Source: Candidatus Zixiibacteriota bacterium
GTDB taxonomy: Bacteria > Zixibacteria > MSB-5A5 > DG-27
DNA length: 64,000 nucleotides
Assembly (NCBI GenBank): GCA_030605835.1
Contig: JAUWHO010000001.1
Span: forward strand, 29,966 to 93,965
Reading direction: 5' to 3'
Both the position numbers and the translations under genes were made by a program. The notes beneath the pieces were generated by a model. The model did not search any database. It saw only the letters and a program-made list of their open reading frames with translations, and was not told the origin of the DNA. Within the stretch, counting starts at the first letter, position 1; each line of letters starts with the position of its first letter. This document shows, piece by piece, positions 39,243 to 50,104 of the stretch.

Positions 39243-39592
39243 GAGAGCACAAAGCATCACCAAGAGCAAGTTTTCTCTGACAGGAACTGTCAGGGCAATC
39301 CCTTATCATACTCATCGAGCATGACTCAAAGGCTCGGGCAAGAGGGGTTTCGCCGCCGATTTTGCCCTCTCGAGAAGGGGTTTGCTTACCAAATCCTGGA
39401 TGGAGTCGGAGGCGGCGACCTTGAAGAACCCTGCGGGTTTCGTTCCCGCGGGGTTCTTTCCTTACAGACTTCAACGAACCAGAAGAGAACATAATCGGGC
39501 CTTGTCTGAAGCGACGTGCCGGTTGACTCCATTTTACAGCTTCTTTCAATCGCTTGAGCCCTTTACCGATAAAGTAACAGAGAGAGGATAAG

Positions 39593-40498
39593 GTGAGAGC
39601 GACCATCGAAAAAGACAAAGCCGAGGTTTCAGCTCCAAGACCAAGTTCGGTCAAGACTTTTTCCTCAGGTCTGAGGGAGATACTCCCACTTCTACTTTTA
39701 GGGCTGGTTTTGCTTCTGACATACATTCCGGTCATCATCGATCTGGTCAAGGACTGGTGGCAGGACCCCAACTATTCCCACGGATTCCTGGTTCCCTTTG
39801 TGTCAATCTACCTGGTTTACAAGAAGTGGCCAGAGTTGGCCATAAGCGAGAGAAAATCCTGCTGGTGGGGGCTGACCCTTGTGATTTTCGGGCTGTTGCT
39901 TCTGATTCTGGGCACTGCCGGGGCGGAGTATTTCACGGTGCGATTCTCTCTCGTGGTATTACTTGCGGGATTGGTTGCCTACTTGTATGGGAAGAAGTTT
40001 TTAGGGCTCCTGCTGGTTCCTATCTGTTACCTCTTATTCATGATACCGATCCCCTACACCATCTATTACTCCCTTACTCTGCCGATGCAACTGTTCGCGA
40101 GCAAATGCGCGGTGGGAGTTCTGCAGTTCTTGGGCATACCGGTGTTCAGAGCGGGGAACATCATCATCTTGCCGAATTACTCTCTGGAGGTGGGAGAGGC
40201 TTGCAGTGGCTTGCGCTCCCTGGTGAGCTTGATGGCATTGGGATTCCTGTTCGCCTACCTAAGTCAGAAGCGCAACCTCAATCGCGCCATACTCTTCGCC
40301 TCCACCCCAATCATCGCGATAATCGCAAACGTTTTTCGGGTGAGCACCACAGCTCTGGGAGCCTATGCGGTGAGCCCCAAGTTAGCGGAGGATTTCCTGC
40401 ACAAGCTTTCGGGGCTTTTAGTATTCGTATGCTCGGTTTTCTGTCTCGTTATTCTGGGAGGGATTTTGAGTTGGGTCCAAAAGAGAAAAGAATCTTAG
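39593..40498 (+). CDS. Exosortase (EpsH family)
   Basis: YSHGFLVP, EACSGLR, ANVFRV, FLH; multi-TM. Confidence 0.92.
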   Translation: MRATIEKDKAEVSAPRPSSVKTFSSGLREILPLLLLGLVLLLTYIPVIIDLVKDWWQDPNYSHGFLVPFVSIYLVYKKWPELAISERKSCWWGLTLVIFGLLLLILGTAGAEYFTVRFSLVVLLAGLVAYLYGKKFLGLLLVPICYLLFMIPIPYTIYYSLTLPMQLFASKCAVGVLQFLGIPVFRAGNIIILPNYSLEVGEACSGLRSLVSLMALGFLFAYLSQKRNLNRAILFASTPIIAIIANVFRVSTTALGAYAVSPKLAEDFLHKLSGLLVFVCSVFCLVILGGILSWVQKRKES

Positions 40499-41100
40499 TC
40501 GCCTGTATCCTCATATTCTTGGCTGCTCTTTTCACCTACAAGCTCCGTTACGGTCGAGCCGAGGTGGCGAGTGTACCGCGACTTGACTCCATCCCCCTCG
40601 ATTGCCAGGATTGGAGAGGCCAGGATTTCCCGCTAGATGAAAGAACCGCCGAGATCTTAGGAGCGGATTTCAATTTGAATCGCAGATACACCAACGGCGA
40701 AGGGCAGACCGTGTGGCTTTTCCTGAGCTACTTCAAAGACCAGAGATATGGTTCTCAGATACACTCGCCTCAGAACTGTCTTCCCGGGAGCGGTTGGGCG
40801 ATTGTCCAAAAGGAGATGGTGAAGTTGAAAACCGGGGGGGATACGTTGGAGAGCAGGCTGCTTGAAGCAAGAAAGGGGGAGAAAGAGGTAAAGGTCTATT
40901 ACTGGTTTCTGACCCGCAGCGGCACCTTAGCAGATGAGTATGCCTTAAAACTGGATCTGGTCTCTAACGCCCTAAGAGGTCACCCCACCGACGCCCTTTT
41001 CGTCAGGCTTACCACTGACGCGGAGCCAGCCATAATCGAAGGATTTCTACAGATGATGTGGCCGCATGTGTCAAAGCTACTATCTTCTCAAAACCACTAA
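40471..41100 (+). CDS. epsI: EpsI family protein
   Basis: TTG start after GGAGGG; IHSPQNCLPGSGW, VYYWF, ALFVRL. Confidence 0.88.
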   Translation: MGPKEKRILVACILIFLAALFTYKLRYGRAEVASVPRLDSIPLDCQDWRGQDFPLDERTAEILGADFNLNRRYTNGEGQTVWLFLSYFKDQRYGSQIHSPQNCLPGSGWAIVQKEMVKLKTGGDTLESRLLEARKGEKEVKVYYWFLTRSGTLADEYALKLDLVSNALRGHPTDALFVRLTTDAEPAIIEGFLQMMWPHVSKLLSSQNH

Positions 41101-41344
41101 AGTATTATCATGAAGTGCTCAATAAGGAGATAGCGATCGCACCTGGGAGATCGGAAAAGCCTGCCAGACGAATGACCGCAACTGTGAACCACAAGCCAAA
41201 GACTCCTATCAGGACCATTTGAAATACCTTGACATCACATTTGAAAACCATTAGTAATTGACAAATTTCCTGGTCGAAAGGAGGTGGTGTGTCCAGCTAC
41301 AATTGTTAAAGAGCAAAACCAGTTCTAAAAATAGCGAGGATGAA

Positions 41345-41878
41345 ATGAAGAGACTCTTGATCTTACTGCCGATCACGTTCTTGTTTCTGACACTAGGTTC
41401 AACCTCATTTGCCCAGATGATGTTGGGTCCTAAGGGGGTTGGAGCTTTTCTGGGGTATGTCAACCCAGAGCACGTCGACGCTACCCTTGGCTTCGGCGCG
41501 GTTGTTGATATGGGCACCTTGACGCCAACGTTAGGCCTGGACCTGGAGATACTGTACTGGTCGAAGTCCGAGGGGCCCTCGGATAGAAAGGTCAGCTGGC
41601 GTGACATAGTCCTTTGCGCTCATGCCAGATACAGATTCTCGTTGCCAGGCAGCCCTGTGAAGCCGTACATGGGTGGGGGGATTGGCCCTCATTTCGTCAA
41701 GCACGAGCAGAGTGGCAAGTCTGAGACCGACACCAAGTTCGGCCTTCACCTGTTGGCGGGGGCTGAATATGAGGTCTCACCCAAGGTGGCGCTCTTCGGG
41801 GAATGGCGCTATGCTATAGTCTCGGATATTAATCAATTTGCCATCTTCGCAGGGGCGAAGTATAAGTTGGGTCAGTAA
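41345..41878 (+). CDS. Outer membrane beta-barrel protein
   Basis: Signal peptide; PYMGGGIG; alternating beta strands. Confidence 0.8.
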   Translation: MKRLLILLPITFLFLTLGSTSFAQMMLGPKGVGAFLGYVNPEHVDATLGFGAVVDMGTLTPTLGLDLEILYWSKSEGPSDRKVSWRDIVLCAHARYRFSLPGSPVKPYMGGGIGPHFVKHEQSGKSETDTKFGLHLLAGAEYEVSPKVALFGEWRYAIVSDINQFAIFAGAKYKLGQ

Positions 41879-41931
41879 AACACGCCGAAAACGAGACGGA
41901 AAACTCCAGCACTTTGCCGGAGTCCTTTCGC

Positions 41932-42156
41932 CTAATCCACAGCCACGACCTTTTTCACCTCTGGGATTTTCTCTTTCAGAGTTCTTTCCACTCCCATCTG
42001 CAGGGTCATCTGCGACATCGGGCAACCCTTACAAGCACCGGTCAATCGAACCTTAACGGTACCATCCTCTCCGACCTCGACCAATTCCACATCCCCACCA
42101 TCAGCCTGCAAGTAGCCGCGTATGCTGTTTAAGGCTTCTTCGACCTTCTCTTTCAT
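41932..42156 (-). CDS. NifU C-terminal domain (Nfu) protein
   Basis: LQADGGDVEL..GACKGCP. Confidence 0.93.
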   Translation of the reverse strand: MKEKVEEALNSIRGYLQADGGDVELVEVGEDGTVKVRLTGACKGCPMSQMTLQMGVERTLKEKIPEVKKVVAVD

Positions 42157-42332
42157 TTCCTCTCCTCTATAGTCTCTTCACTCTTTTTCGGATTGTAGAC
42201 TCATCTGTTTATACTATTGATCCTTTGAAGGAGTTTGTGGTTTCCAAGCGAGCACGCGCCACCGCGATTCTGAACCTAGCCGTCAAATGGAGTTGACCAG
42301 GAAACCTGTCCATTTCTACCAAGCGTTCCTCC

Positions 42333-43394
42333 CTACTTCTTCGACATTGCCTCTTCAACTCGTGAGGCCAATTCTTCGAAAACCGCCTTGGCCATCTGGG
42401 CATTTTCGGAAAAGACCGCCGGAATACCTTGGTCGCTGTCGCGCCTCAGGCTCATCTCCAGAGGGATCTGACAGAAAAGCGGCGCCCTCAAAGCCCCGGC
42501 CAGAAGCTGTCCTCCTCCGGTCCCGAAGATTTCGTATCTTTTGCCTTCGGGGCTCAAGAAATAGGACATATTCTCGACCACTCCAAGGAGCTTAAGCCCA
42601 GTTTTCTCCGCCAGACTGCCTATCCGGGAGGCCACCGAGGTTGCCAACTTCTGAGGGGTGGTCACCACCAGGACGGAGGCCCCGGGGAGCTTCTGAGCAA
42701 TTGAGATGCTCACATCGCCAGTGCCGGGGGGCAGATCTATCAGAAGATAATCGAGCTCCCCCCACTCAACCTCCTCGATGAACTGAGTTATGGCCTTGTG
42801 CAGAAGAGGTCCCCTCCAGATTATGGCGGTATCCTGGCTGACGAAGAAACCGATGCTGATGATCTTTATGCCAAATTTCTCCGGGGGATTCATCCTACCA
42901 TCTATTGCCGTGGGCGTTTCTTTGATGCCCAGTAGAGTCGGAATCGAGAAACCGTAGACGTCAGCATCTAGCACCCCCACCCGGTGGCCCCGCTTGGCCA
43001 GAGCCGCCGCCAGGTTAGCTGTCACCGTAGATTTTCCAACTCCACCTTTCCCCGAGGCGACGGCTATGACGTTCTTGATTTTCGAGATCCGAGATTCCTT
43101 CTCCTCTGAACCCTTAGACAGACTCTCTATCAGGGACTGGCTTTTCTGGGGGGGCATGGTGGTGAAGTTTACTTTAACCTCCTTGACCTCGCCAAACCTC
43201 TTCAATCGCCCCACGATGTCTTCTTCGATCTTATCCTTCATCGGGTAGGTCGGAACTGTCAGGGTCACCTGGAGCTTAACAGTATCCCCGGCAATTTCCA
43301 TCTTTTCAATCAACCCCAGCTCCACTAAATTGCGGTGAAGCTTTGGATCTTCGACCTCCTTTAGAGCCTCAACTATCTTTTCCTCGCTAATCAT
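42333..43394 (-). CDS. Mrp/ApbC Fe-S cluster carrier ATPase
   Basis: SGKGGVGKS, DADVYG, DLPPGTGD, VENMS. Confidence 0.93.
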   Translation of the reverse strand: MISEEKIVEALKEVEDPKLHRNLVELGLIEKMEIAGDTVKLQVTLTVPTYPMKDKIEEDIVGRLKRFGEVKEVKVNFTTMPPQKSQSLIESLSKGSEEKESRISKIKNVIAVASGKGGVGKSTVTANLAAALAKRGHRVGVLDADVYGFSIPTLLGIKETPTAIDGRMNPPEKFGIKIISIGFFVSQDTAIIWRGPLLHKAITQFIEEVEWGELDYLLIDLPPGTGDVSISIAQKLPGASVLVVTTPQKLATSVASRIGSLAEKTGLKLLGVVENMSYFLSPEGKRYEIFGTGGGQLLAGALRAPLFCQIPLEMSLRRDSDQGIPAVFSENAQMAKAVFEELASRVEEAMSKK

Positions 43395-43561
43395 CGGTAC
43401 TCCCTCTTTATCTTTACTATTTTAGAAACCAAAGCCGAATCGATAAGTTTCAGAATTTACGCAGTTTTCGCTCTCTTGCAACAGTCACTGCAACGGAAAA
43501 TTGTTGATTTACCATCCTGGGCTCCATATGTTAACAGCAAAATACGGATACAGGCGCAATT

Positions 43562-45559
43562 ATGCAAATCCTGAGAACACCTTCTGGGACAAGAGAAATC
43601 TGGCTTTGCTCGCTTCTGGTTCTGCTCTCACTCCTGTCGTGCGTGAAGCAGGAGGAGTATCCGCTTTATCGTCTGGCTTTGCTGGAGGATCGGGGTTTGA
43701 TAGACGTGTCCCTCCGCGAGTATGTTGAGCACGAAAAGCCTGCGATTCGACAGGCAGTCGCCACAACCATAGGGAGAGTCGGAAGCACCCACCACTTCTA
43801 CCTTCTCCAGAGACTGATCGAGGATGAGGACCCCTCCGTGAGAGAACAAGCCGCCTTTGCTTGTGGGCTGATAAAAAACCTCTCTGCCACTGTCTTTCTC
43901 TTGCCTCACCTGGAGGATGAAAACCAACAGGTGCGCGCCAGGACTATCGAAGCCCTGGGGAGAATTGGCGGGGAGAACCTGGGCGAGAGGATTCGGCCCC
44001 TGCTTAAAGATTCATCGGAGGTTATAAGATGCCAGGCCGCCCTGGCTCTGTGGAGGCTCGACCACAAACAAGCGGTGCCGGACTTGATTTCAGCCTTGCA
44101 CAGTGCAGAAGGAGAGTTCCTCTACAACTTGAGTTACGCTCTGATGCGTCTGGCAACTCCGGAATGCTTCGAGGTTTTCGAAGAGCTGCTCGGAAATTCC
44201 GACCCGGAGGTGCGTGCCAATGCCGTCAGAGGTCTCGGCAACCTCGAACACCCTGGTGCCCTTCCTTTTGCCTTCAATCTTCTGCGAGACCCGGACGAGC
44301 GTGTTGCTACAGAAGCCATAAGAGCTCTGGGGAAGATTAACGATAAGAGAGCCGTAAAACCTCTTCTGGAACTGCTGTCCACCAGCCACAACGAGAATCT
44401 CCTATCGGAGGCAATCAAAGTCCTGGGAAATCTTGGAGACAAACGGGCGCTGGAGAAGGTCACCGGGTTTTTGAATTCAGATTCACAAATCTTAAGGGGC
44501 GAGGCTGCCGTAGCTGTCGCCAGGCTGGAGAGCGGAAAGGTTCTGGAGGATCTGAAAGAACTTCTGAAGGATGAGTCCTGGCATGTGCGTGCCAAGGTTG
44601 CGGAGGCCTTAAGAGAAGTCGGTGGGAAAGAGGTGGAGAGATTGCTTCTGGTAATGACCGCCGACAGGGACAGAAGGGTGCAGATGGCGGCAATCGATGC
44701 TATCGGTTACGCAGTCAGCGAAAGGACAATCGATGGTAAGAGGGGATTGAGGAAGTTGGAGACGGTGCTCCTTGAGAGCATGGATTTCGCCCTGCGCTCC
44801 CTCTGCGCCGAAGCTCTAGCGAAAACGAAAGATCCCAGGTATGTCTATCCGTTGATAAAGTCCTACAAGTTCACCCCTCGGAGCTATTACTCGGAGTTCA
44901 AAAGGGCAGTCATCTCCGCCCTGGTGGAGCTTGCCACTCCGGGAGAGGCCGATGTCAGGATCGAAAATTTCCTTTTGGAGGCTTTAGCGGACAGCGACCC
45001 TATCGTCAGAAGAGAGGCTCACGCGGCCTCAAGCAAGCTCTCACTGCAGCAGAAATACGAGCCCGGAGTGTTCCGCAGCAAATTGACATTCGGCAACTAT
45101 TTTGAGGTTTACCATAATCCCAACAGGCTCCTGCGGGCAAGGATTTTCACCCCGAAGGGAGAAATCATAATCGAGCTTCTGGCGGAGTATGCCCCCAGAA
45201 CCGTCGCCAACTTCATTCATCTGACGAACTCTCGTTTCTATGACGGCTTGACATTTCACCGGGTGGTTCCCAACTTCGTGATTCAGGGAGGTTGCCCCCG
45301 CGGGGATGGTTGGGGAGGACCGGGATACACTATCAGGGAGGAGATTAACAAGCTGGGGTTCGAAAGGGGAACTATCGGGATGGCAACTTCTGGGAAAGAC
45401 ACTGGTGGGAGTCAATTTTTCATCTGCCACTCCCGACAACCGCATTTAGACGGACGCTACACCGCCTTCGGCAGAGTGGTCTCCGGAATGGAGGTGGTCA
45501 ATGAAATCACGGTAGGCGATGTTATTGAGAAAGTGGAAATATTATCATCACGATTCTAA
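43562..45559 (+). CDS. HEAT-repeat lipoprotein with C-terminal cyclophilin PPIase
   Basis: LLSC lipobox, HEAT repeats, [23 protein letters not shown]. Confidence 0.9.
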   Translation: MQILRTPSGTREIWLCSLLVLLSLLSCVKQEEYPLYRLALLEDRGLIDVSLREYVEHEKPAIRQAVATTIGRVGSTHHFYLLQRLIEDEDPSVREQAAFACGLIKNLSATVFLLPHLEDENQQVRARTIEALGRIGGENLGERIRPLLKDSSEVIRCQAALALWRLDHKQAVPDLISALHSAEGEFLYNLSYALMRLATPECFEVFEELLGNSDPEVRANAVRGLGNLEHPGALPFAFNLLRDPDERVATEAIRALGKINDKRAVKPLLELLSTSHNENLLSEAIKVLGNLGDKRALEKVTGFLNSDSQILRGEAAVAVARLESGKVLEDLKELLKDESWHVRAKVAEALREVGGKEVERLLLVMTADRDRRVQMAAIDAIGYAVSERTIDGKRGLRKLETVLLESMDFALRSLCAEALAKTKDPRYVYPLIKSYKFTPRSYYSEFKRAVISALVELATPGEADVRIENFLLEALADSDPIVRREAHAASSKLSLQQKYEPGVFRSKLTFGNYFEVYHNPNRLLRARIFTPKGEIIIELLAEYAPRTVANFIHLTNSRFYDGLTFHRVVPNFVIQGGCPRGDGWGGPGYTIREEINKLGFERGTIGMATSGKDTGGSQFFICHSRQPHLDGRYTAFGRVVSGMEVVNEITVGDVIEKVEILSSRF

Positions 45560-45560
45560 A

Positions 45561-45595
45561 GTAGGTAGTAGGTAGTAGACGGTAGGTAGGGGAGA
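45561..45595 (+). repeat. Heptamer tandem repeat upstream of four-helix-bundle gene
   Basis: GTAGGTA GTAGGTA GTAGACG GTAGGTA GGGGAGA fills the intergenic gap. Confidence 0.9.
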
Positions 45596-45596
45596 A

Positions 45597-46031
45597 ATGA
45601 ACAAAGTCAAGCTACAAAGCTTCGAGGACTTAGAGGTCTGGAAGAAAGCACATCAACTGGTCCTGAACGTCTATGGGATAACCAGGAGCTTCCCCGCTGA
45701 GGAGAACTATAGCCTGGCTTCGCAAAGGAGAAGATCGGCTATCTCCATACCCGCAAACATGGCCGAGGGATTCAAGAAGCGTTCCTTAAGAGACAAAGCC
45801 AACTTCTACAACATCGCTCAGGGCTCTCTGGAAGAATTGAGATACTATGCTATCTTATCAAAGGACCTGAACTACTTGAACGAGACGAAGGATCTGCTTG
45901 AGAGAACTGCCGAAATGGGCAGGATGCTTAACGGCCTAATATCATCACTTGCAAGAAAACCCTATATCCCAGCTGCTATCTACTTACCAGCAGGGATGGT
46001 TGACAAAACGGTAAGCCGAAGATATTATTAA
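45597..46031 (+). CDS. Four helix bundle protein (23S rRNA IVS protein / bAvd-like family)
   Basis: FEDLEVWKKA..FP.EE.Y.L.SQ.RRSAISIPANMAEG..IAQGSLEE..MLNGLI. Confidence 0.92.
   Translation: MNKVKLQSFEDLEVWKKAHQLVLNVYGITRSFPAEENYSLASQRRRSAISIPANMAEGFKKRSLRDKANFYNIAQGSLEELRYYAILSKDLNYLNETKDLLERTAEMGRMLNGLISSLARKPYIPAAIYLPAGMVDKTVSRRYY
46000..46028 (+). promoter_or_regulatory. Sigma70-type promoter upstream of the TA pair
   Basis: TTGACA-17 bp-TATTAT. Confidence 0.65.
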
Positions 46032-46139
46032 TGAATAGATATGTTTACTTTTACGATACAAGTCCGAGAGAGAATATCTGGTGCTGATGATGGAAATCTT
46101 CGAAAGCAATAGTAACGAACTTCTGGAGGTGAGAATAAA

Positions 46140-46349
46140 GTGACCCTGAAAACTAAGAAGAAAAGCCCGGAGATAATTTTCAGAGATGGAAAACCGGCAG
46201 CGGTCATTCTCGAAATTAAGGAGTATCAGGATATGCTTGAGCGTCTGGAGGATATAGAGGATCTGAAGATGCTCCAGAAAATGAGAAAGCGACCGCTAAA
46301 ATTCAGAAAGCTGGAGGATTTCCTCAAGGAGTATTCCCCCGTTGTATAA
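46140..46349 (+). CDS. Phd/YefM-like antitoxin
   Basis: DGKPAAVIL..EY..LERLEDIED; overlaps the toxin gene. Confidence 0.8.
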   Translation: MTLKTKKKSPEIIFRDGKPAAVILEIKEYQDMLERLEDIEDLKMLQKMRKRPLKFRKLEDFLKEYSPVV

Positions 46350-46596
46350 GCTTTACCTCGAAAGAGCCGCCGAACGTGACCTGAAGCGCCTCTCAACAGA
46401 AAACTTCCATCGCCTCATAACCGAGATAAAAATGCTGGCTAAAGAGCCAAGACCGCCGGGCGCAAGAAAGATTATCGGCTCCAAAGACGATTGGCGAATA
46501 CGGGTCGGAGACTGGCGAGTAGTTTATGAAATCGACAATAAACAGAAAGTTGTGCGGATAATGCGGGTGCGGCTGAGAAGAGAGGTCTACCGGTAA
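46342..46596 (+). CDS. RelE/ParE family toxin
   Basis: AERDLKRL..PRPPG.RK..WRIRVGDWRVVYEID. Confidence 0.9.
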   Translation: MYKLYLERAAERDLKRLSTENFHRLITEIKMLAKEPRPPGARKIIGSKDDWRIRVGDWRVVYEIDNKQKVVRIMRVRLRREVYR

Positions 46597-46649
46597 ATTA
46601 TGGTGGAGATGGAAATAGACCAAAAAATCAAACAAGCACTAATGGTTGC

Positions 46650-48797
46650 ATGAGACTGGATAAAGAAAAAGCCAAAAAGAGAGCCAGATTCGTTCTCGCC
46701 TCCGGGCTGGTTCTGGCGATAATCGTAATAATCGTCGGCATTGAAACCTATAAGTCCTATCGAGAAGACCTTCCCTCGTTAGAACAGCTTCACAATATCC
46801 AACCGGGGCTGATCACCCGCATATACTCAGCCGACCGACAGATCCTTCAGGAATATTTCAATCAGAGAAGGATCATGGTGCCCTTCAACAGATTCCCCAA
46901 ACACCTGGTTGATGCCCTCCTGACGGTGGAAGATAGACAGTTCTATTACCACTGGGGAGTGAACCTCAGCGCCATAGCCCGGGCGGCAGCGGTGAATATC
47001 ATGACCTTGAGCCGCTCCCAGGGTGGTTCCACCTTGACCCAGCAGTTAGCCCGGAATCTCTTCCTGACCCCGGAAAAAACCATCGCCAGAAAGATCAGGG
47101 AAGCGATGACCGCCATCGAGATCGAGAAGAACTACTCCAAGGACGAGATCCTCAACATGTATCTCAACCAACAGTATTTCGGGAAGGGGGCTTACGGCAT
47201 TCAGGCGGCGGCTCAAACCTTTTTCAGCAAGGATATCTCCGAGCTGACGATCTCTGAGTCGGCGCTTCTGATCGGCCTGTTGAAGGCACCCAATACCTAT
47301 TCTCCCATCGACCGTCCCGACAGGGCTCGAGGGCGACGCAACGTGGTTCTGAACGCCATGGTCGATTACGGAAAACTATCAAGAGGGGTTGCCGATAGCC
47401 TCAAAGGTCTTCCGCTCGAGATTCATCCCCCCGAGCCCCCGGTCAGACCTGGGGCTTACTTCTCTGAGACGGTGCGGCAGTATCTGGTGAGAAAATACGG
47501 AGAGAATGTCCTCTACTCCTCCGGCCTCACCGTTGAAACCACACTGAACTACGAACTCCAGGTGGAAGCCGAAAGAATCATCGCTGAACATCTGTCGAGA
47601 CTGCAGGCAGACATGGAGAGGCATCACAGTCTGGAGGACTCCAATTACACCATTGAAGTCACCGATACGGTCGATGGAGAAATCGTTGTCGCCAGAGAAT
47701 ACAAAGAGCTGCAATGTGCTCTGGTGGGCATCGACAACAAGACCGGAGGCGTAATAGCCATGGTGGGAGGGAGAGATTTCAAAAGGAGCAAGTTCAATCG
47801 TGCCGTTCAGGCCAAAAGGCAGCCCGGCTCCGGATTCAAACCCTTCACCTATACCACCGCCATAGACAACGGTTTCAAGCCCACCGATATTATCATAGAT
47901 GCCCCCATAGTAGTCCCAATAGGTGGAGAGGAATGGCGTCCCAAGAACTTCGACCGCACCTTCAGGGGCCCCACTACCCTGCGATATGGCCTCAGCAAAT
48001 CGATAAACCTGGTCACCATCAAGCTGCTGATGGATCCGACCGTTACCCCCCAGCAGGTGGTTTTCTACGCCAAACGGATGGGAATAAAATCGGAGCTTCA
48101 AGCAGTCCCCTCTCTGGCAATCGGAACCTCCGAGGTGACCCCCTTGGAGATGGCTTCAGCCTTCACGACCTTCCCCAACGGAGGCATCTGGACGGAGCCG
48201 TATTTTGTGACCAGGATTCTGGATCGCTACGGGAACGTCTTGGAGGAGCGGGAAAAACCTTATCAGGAGGAGGCCATCTCCGCCACCACCGCCTACATTA
48301 TGACCAGTATGCTGGAGAGTGTCATCAACTCTGGCACAGGTTACGGAGCCCGGCGATGGGGATTCAATCGCCCCGCCGGAGGCAAAACCGGCACCTCCGA
48401 TTTCAGCACCGACAACTGGTTCACCGGCTTCACCCCTCAGATAACCACAACTGTCTGGGTGGGCTATGACGACAAGACCCAGATAGGCGAGGGGAGAGGT
48501 CTGACCGGAGCTGCCACGGCGCTACCGATCTGGACCGAGTTCATGAAGAAGGCACATTTCGGACTGCCGGTGGAGGAGTTCGTCCAACCTGCTGGAATTA
48601 TCGAAGCCGCCGTCTGTTTGGAGTCCGGCCTGCTGGCAAGACCAGACTGCCCCAATAAGGTCACTGATCTTTTCACGGAATCGACGGTGCCACAAGACAC
48701 CTGCAGTCTATCTCATATGGAGTTTTCCGCAAAGAGCGAGGAGAAAACCCGTTTCAAAATTCAAGAAGAAGAGGATAAGAAGAGAATCCGATTCTAG
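46650..48797 (+). CDS. Penicillin-binding protein 1A family
   Basis: EDRQF, GGSTLTQQL, RKIRE, SGFK, SIN and KTG motifs. Confidence 0.95.
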   Translation: MRLDKEKAKKRARFVLASGLVLAIIVIIVGIETYKSYREDLPSLEQLHNIQPGLITRIYSADRQILQEYFNQRRIMVPFNRFPKHLVDALLTVEDRQFYYHWGVNLSAIARAAAVNIMTLSRSQGGSTLTQQLARNLFLTPEKTIARKIREAMTAIEIEKNYSKDEILNMYLNQQYFGKGAYGIQAAAQTFFSKDISELTISESALLIGLLKAPNTYSPIDRPDRARGRRNVVLNAMVDYGKLSRGVADSLKGLPLEIHPPEPPVRPGAYFSETVRQYLVRKYGENVLYSSGLTVETTLNYELQVEAERIIAEHLSRLQADMERHHSLEDSNYTIEVTDTVDGEIVVAREYKELQCALVGIDNKTGGVIAMVGGRDFKRSKFNRAVQAKRQPGSGFKPFTYTTAIDNGFKPTDIIIDAPIVVPIGGEEWRPKNFDRTFRGPTTLRYGLSKSINLVTIKLLMDPTVTPQQVVFYAKRMGIKSELQAVPSLAIGTSEVTPLEMASAFTTFPNGGIWTEPYFVTRILDRYGNVLEEREKPYQEEAISATTAYIMTSMLESVINSGTGYGARRWGFNRPAGGKTGTSDFSTDNWFTGFTPQITTTVWVGYDDKTQIGEGRGLTGAATALPIWTEFMKKAHFGLPVEEFVQPAGIIEAAVCLESGLLARPDCPNKVTDLFTESTVPQDTCSLSHMEFSAKSEEKTRFKIQEEEDKKRIRF

Positions 48798-50098
48798 TTC
48801 AAGAAGCCGATGATTCTCTGAAGAGGTTTGACCGCTGTATCCGAGAAAACAAGAGCTTCTTTCAGATCCAAAGCCGCTTTCTTCCCGAGAGATTCATCCG
48901 AGGCGTGAACGGAGGCTACTACTTCTCCCCTTTCTACTCTATCTCCAATTTTCTTCTCGAATATGAAACCTACCGCCGGGTCGATCTGGTCGCTGATGAG
49001 TTTTCGTCCCCCGCCGAGCTCGATACAAAGCTGACCAACCCGCAAGGTATCGACAGCTTTGAGGAAACCATCTCTTTCGGCTTTCACCTGTAAGACCAGC
49101 TTCGCCCGTGGCAACCTTGAATAATCGTCAATTGCTCTACTATCTCCTCCCTGATTCTCCACCATCTCCTTGAACTTCTCCAGCGCCTCGCCGTTTTCGA
49201 TCTTTCTCTTCAAAACCTTTCGAGCCTCCTCTTTATCGGAGCTCACCTCCGCCATTAAGAGCATCTGAACTCCCAGAGCTTCGGTGACCTCCCAGAGATC
49301 TCGGGGACTTTCCCCCCTTAAGCATTCAATACATTCAACGACCTCGAGCGCGTTTCCGACCGCGAAACCTAAAGGTTCGTCCATGGAGGTGAAGACCGCA
49401 GCCGCTCTTCGGCCCATCCTTTTGGCGACAGAGATCATAGCCTTAGCCAATCTCTCGGCGTCGTCCAACTTCCTCATGAAGGCGCCATTGCCGACCTTCA
49501 CGTCGAAGACAATTCCATCACAGCCGGAGGCCAGTTTCTTGCTCATGATGCTGCCGACAATCAGAGGAATCGATTCGACCGTGGCGGTGACATCCCTCAA
49601 GGCATAGATCTTCTTATCCGCGGGAGCAATCTCATGGGTCTGCCCGATGATGGCCACCCCGATTCGGCGCAAGCTCTCCTTAAACTCCTTCAGGGAGAGA
49701 GTGGTTCTAAATCCAGGTATCGATTCCAGCTTGTCTAAAGTTCCCCCGGTGTGGCCCAGGCCTCTCCCCGAGATCATGGGAACGACAACCCCACAGGAAG
49801 CTAAAAGCGGAGCCAGGATCAAAGAGACCTTGTCGCCCACGCCGCCGGTGGAATGCTTGTCGATTTTAGGGGCGTCTATGAAGCTCAAATCCAGTATCTG
49901 GCCAGAATGCAACATCGATTCGGTGAGGAAATGAGTTTCCTCCTCATCCATACCGTTGATGCAGACCGCCATGAGAAATGCAGACATCTGATAGTCGCGG
50001 ATCTTGTCCTGGGTGAAATCCGAGACCAAAAAATCGATCTCCTCACGTCTGAGCTTCTTACCGTCTCTCTTTTTGGCAATGATACCGTATACGTCCAT
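48794..50098 (-). CDS. pdp: Pyrimidine-nucleoside/thymidine phosphorylase
   Basis: DKHSTGGVGDK, SGRGLGHTGGTLDKLESIPG. Confidence 0.95.
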   Translation of the reverse strand: MDVYGIIAKKRDGKKLRREEIDFLVSDFTQDKIRDYQMSAFLMAVCINGMDEEETHFLTESMLHSGQILDLSFIDAPKIDKHSTGGVGDKVSLILAPLLASCGVVVPMISGRGLGHTGGTLDKLESIPGFRTTLSLKEFKESLRRIGVAIIGQTHEIAPADKKIYALRDVTATVESIPLIVGSIMSKKLASGCDGIVFDVKVGNGAFMRKLDDAERLAKAMISVAKRMGRRAAAVFTSMDEPLGFAVGNALEVVECIECLRGESPRDLWEVTEALGVQMLLMAEVSSDKEEARKVLKRKIENGEALEKFKEMVENQGGDSRAIDDYSRLPRAKLVLQVKAERDGFLKAVDTLRVGQLCIELGGGRKLISDQIDPAVGFIFEKKIGDRVERGEVVASVHASDESLGKKAALDLKEALVFSDTAVKPLQRIIGFLN

Positions 50099-50104
50099 CT
50101 TCGA

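Noticed and set aside
39757..40470. 447-aa ORF overlapping the exosortase
   Set aside because: The N-terminal part is an alternate frame of the exosortase; the EpsI-like protein starts near TTG 40471.
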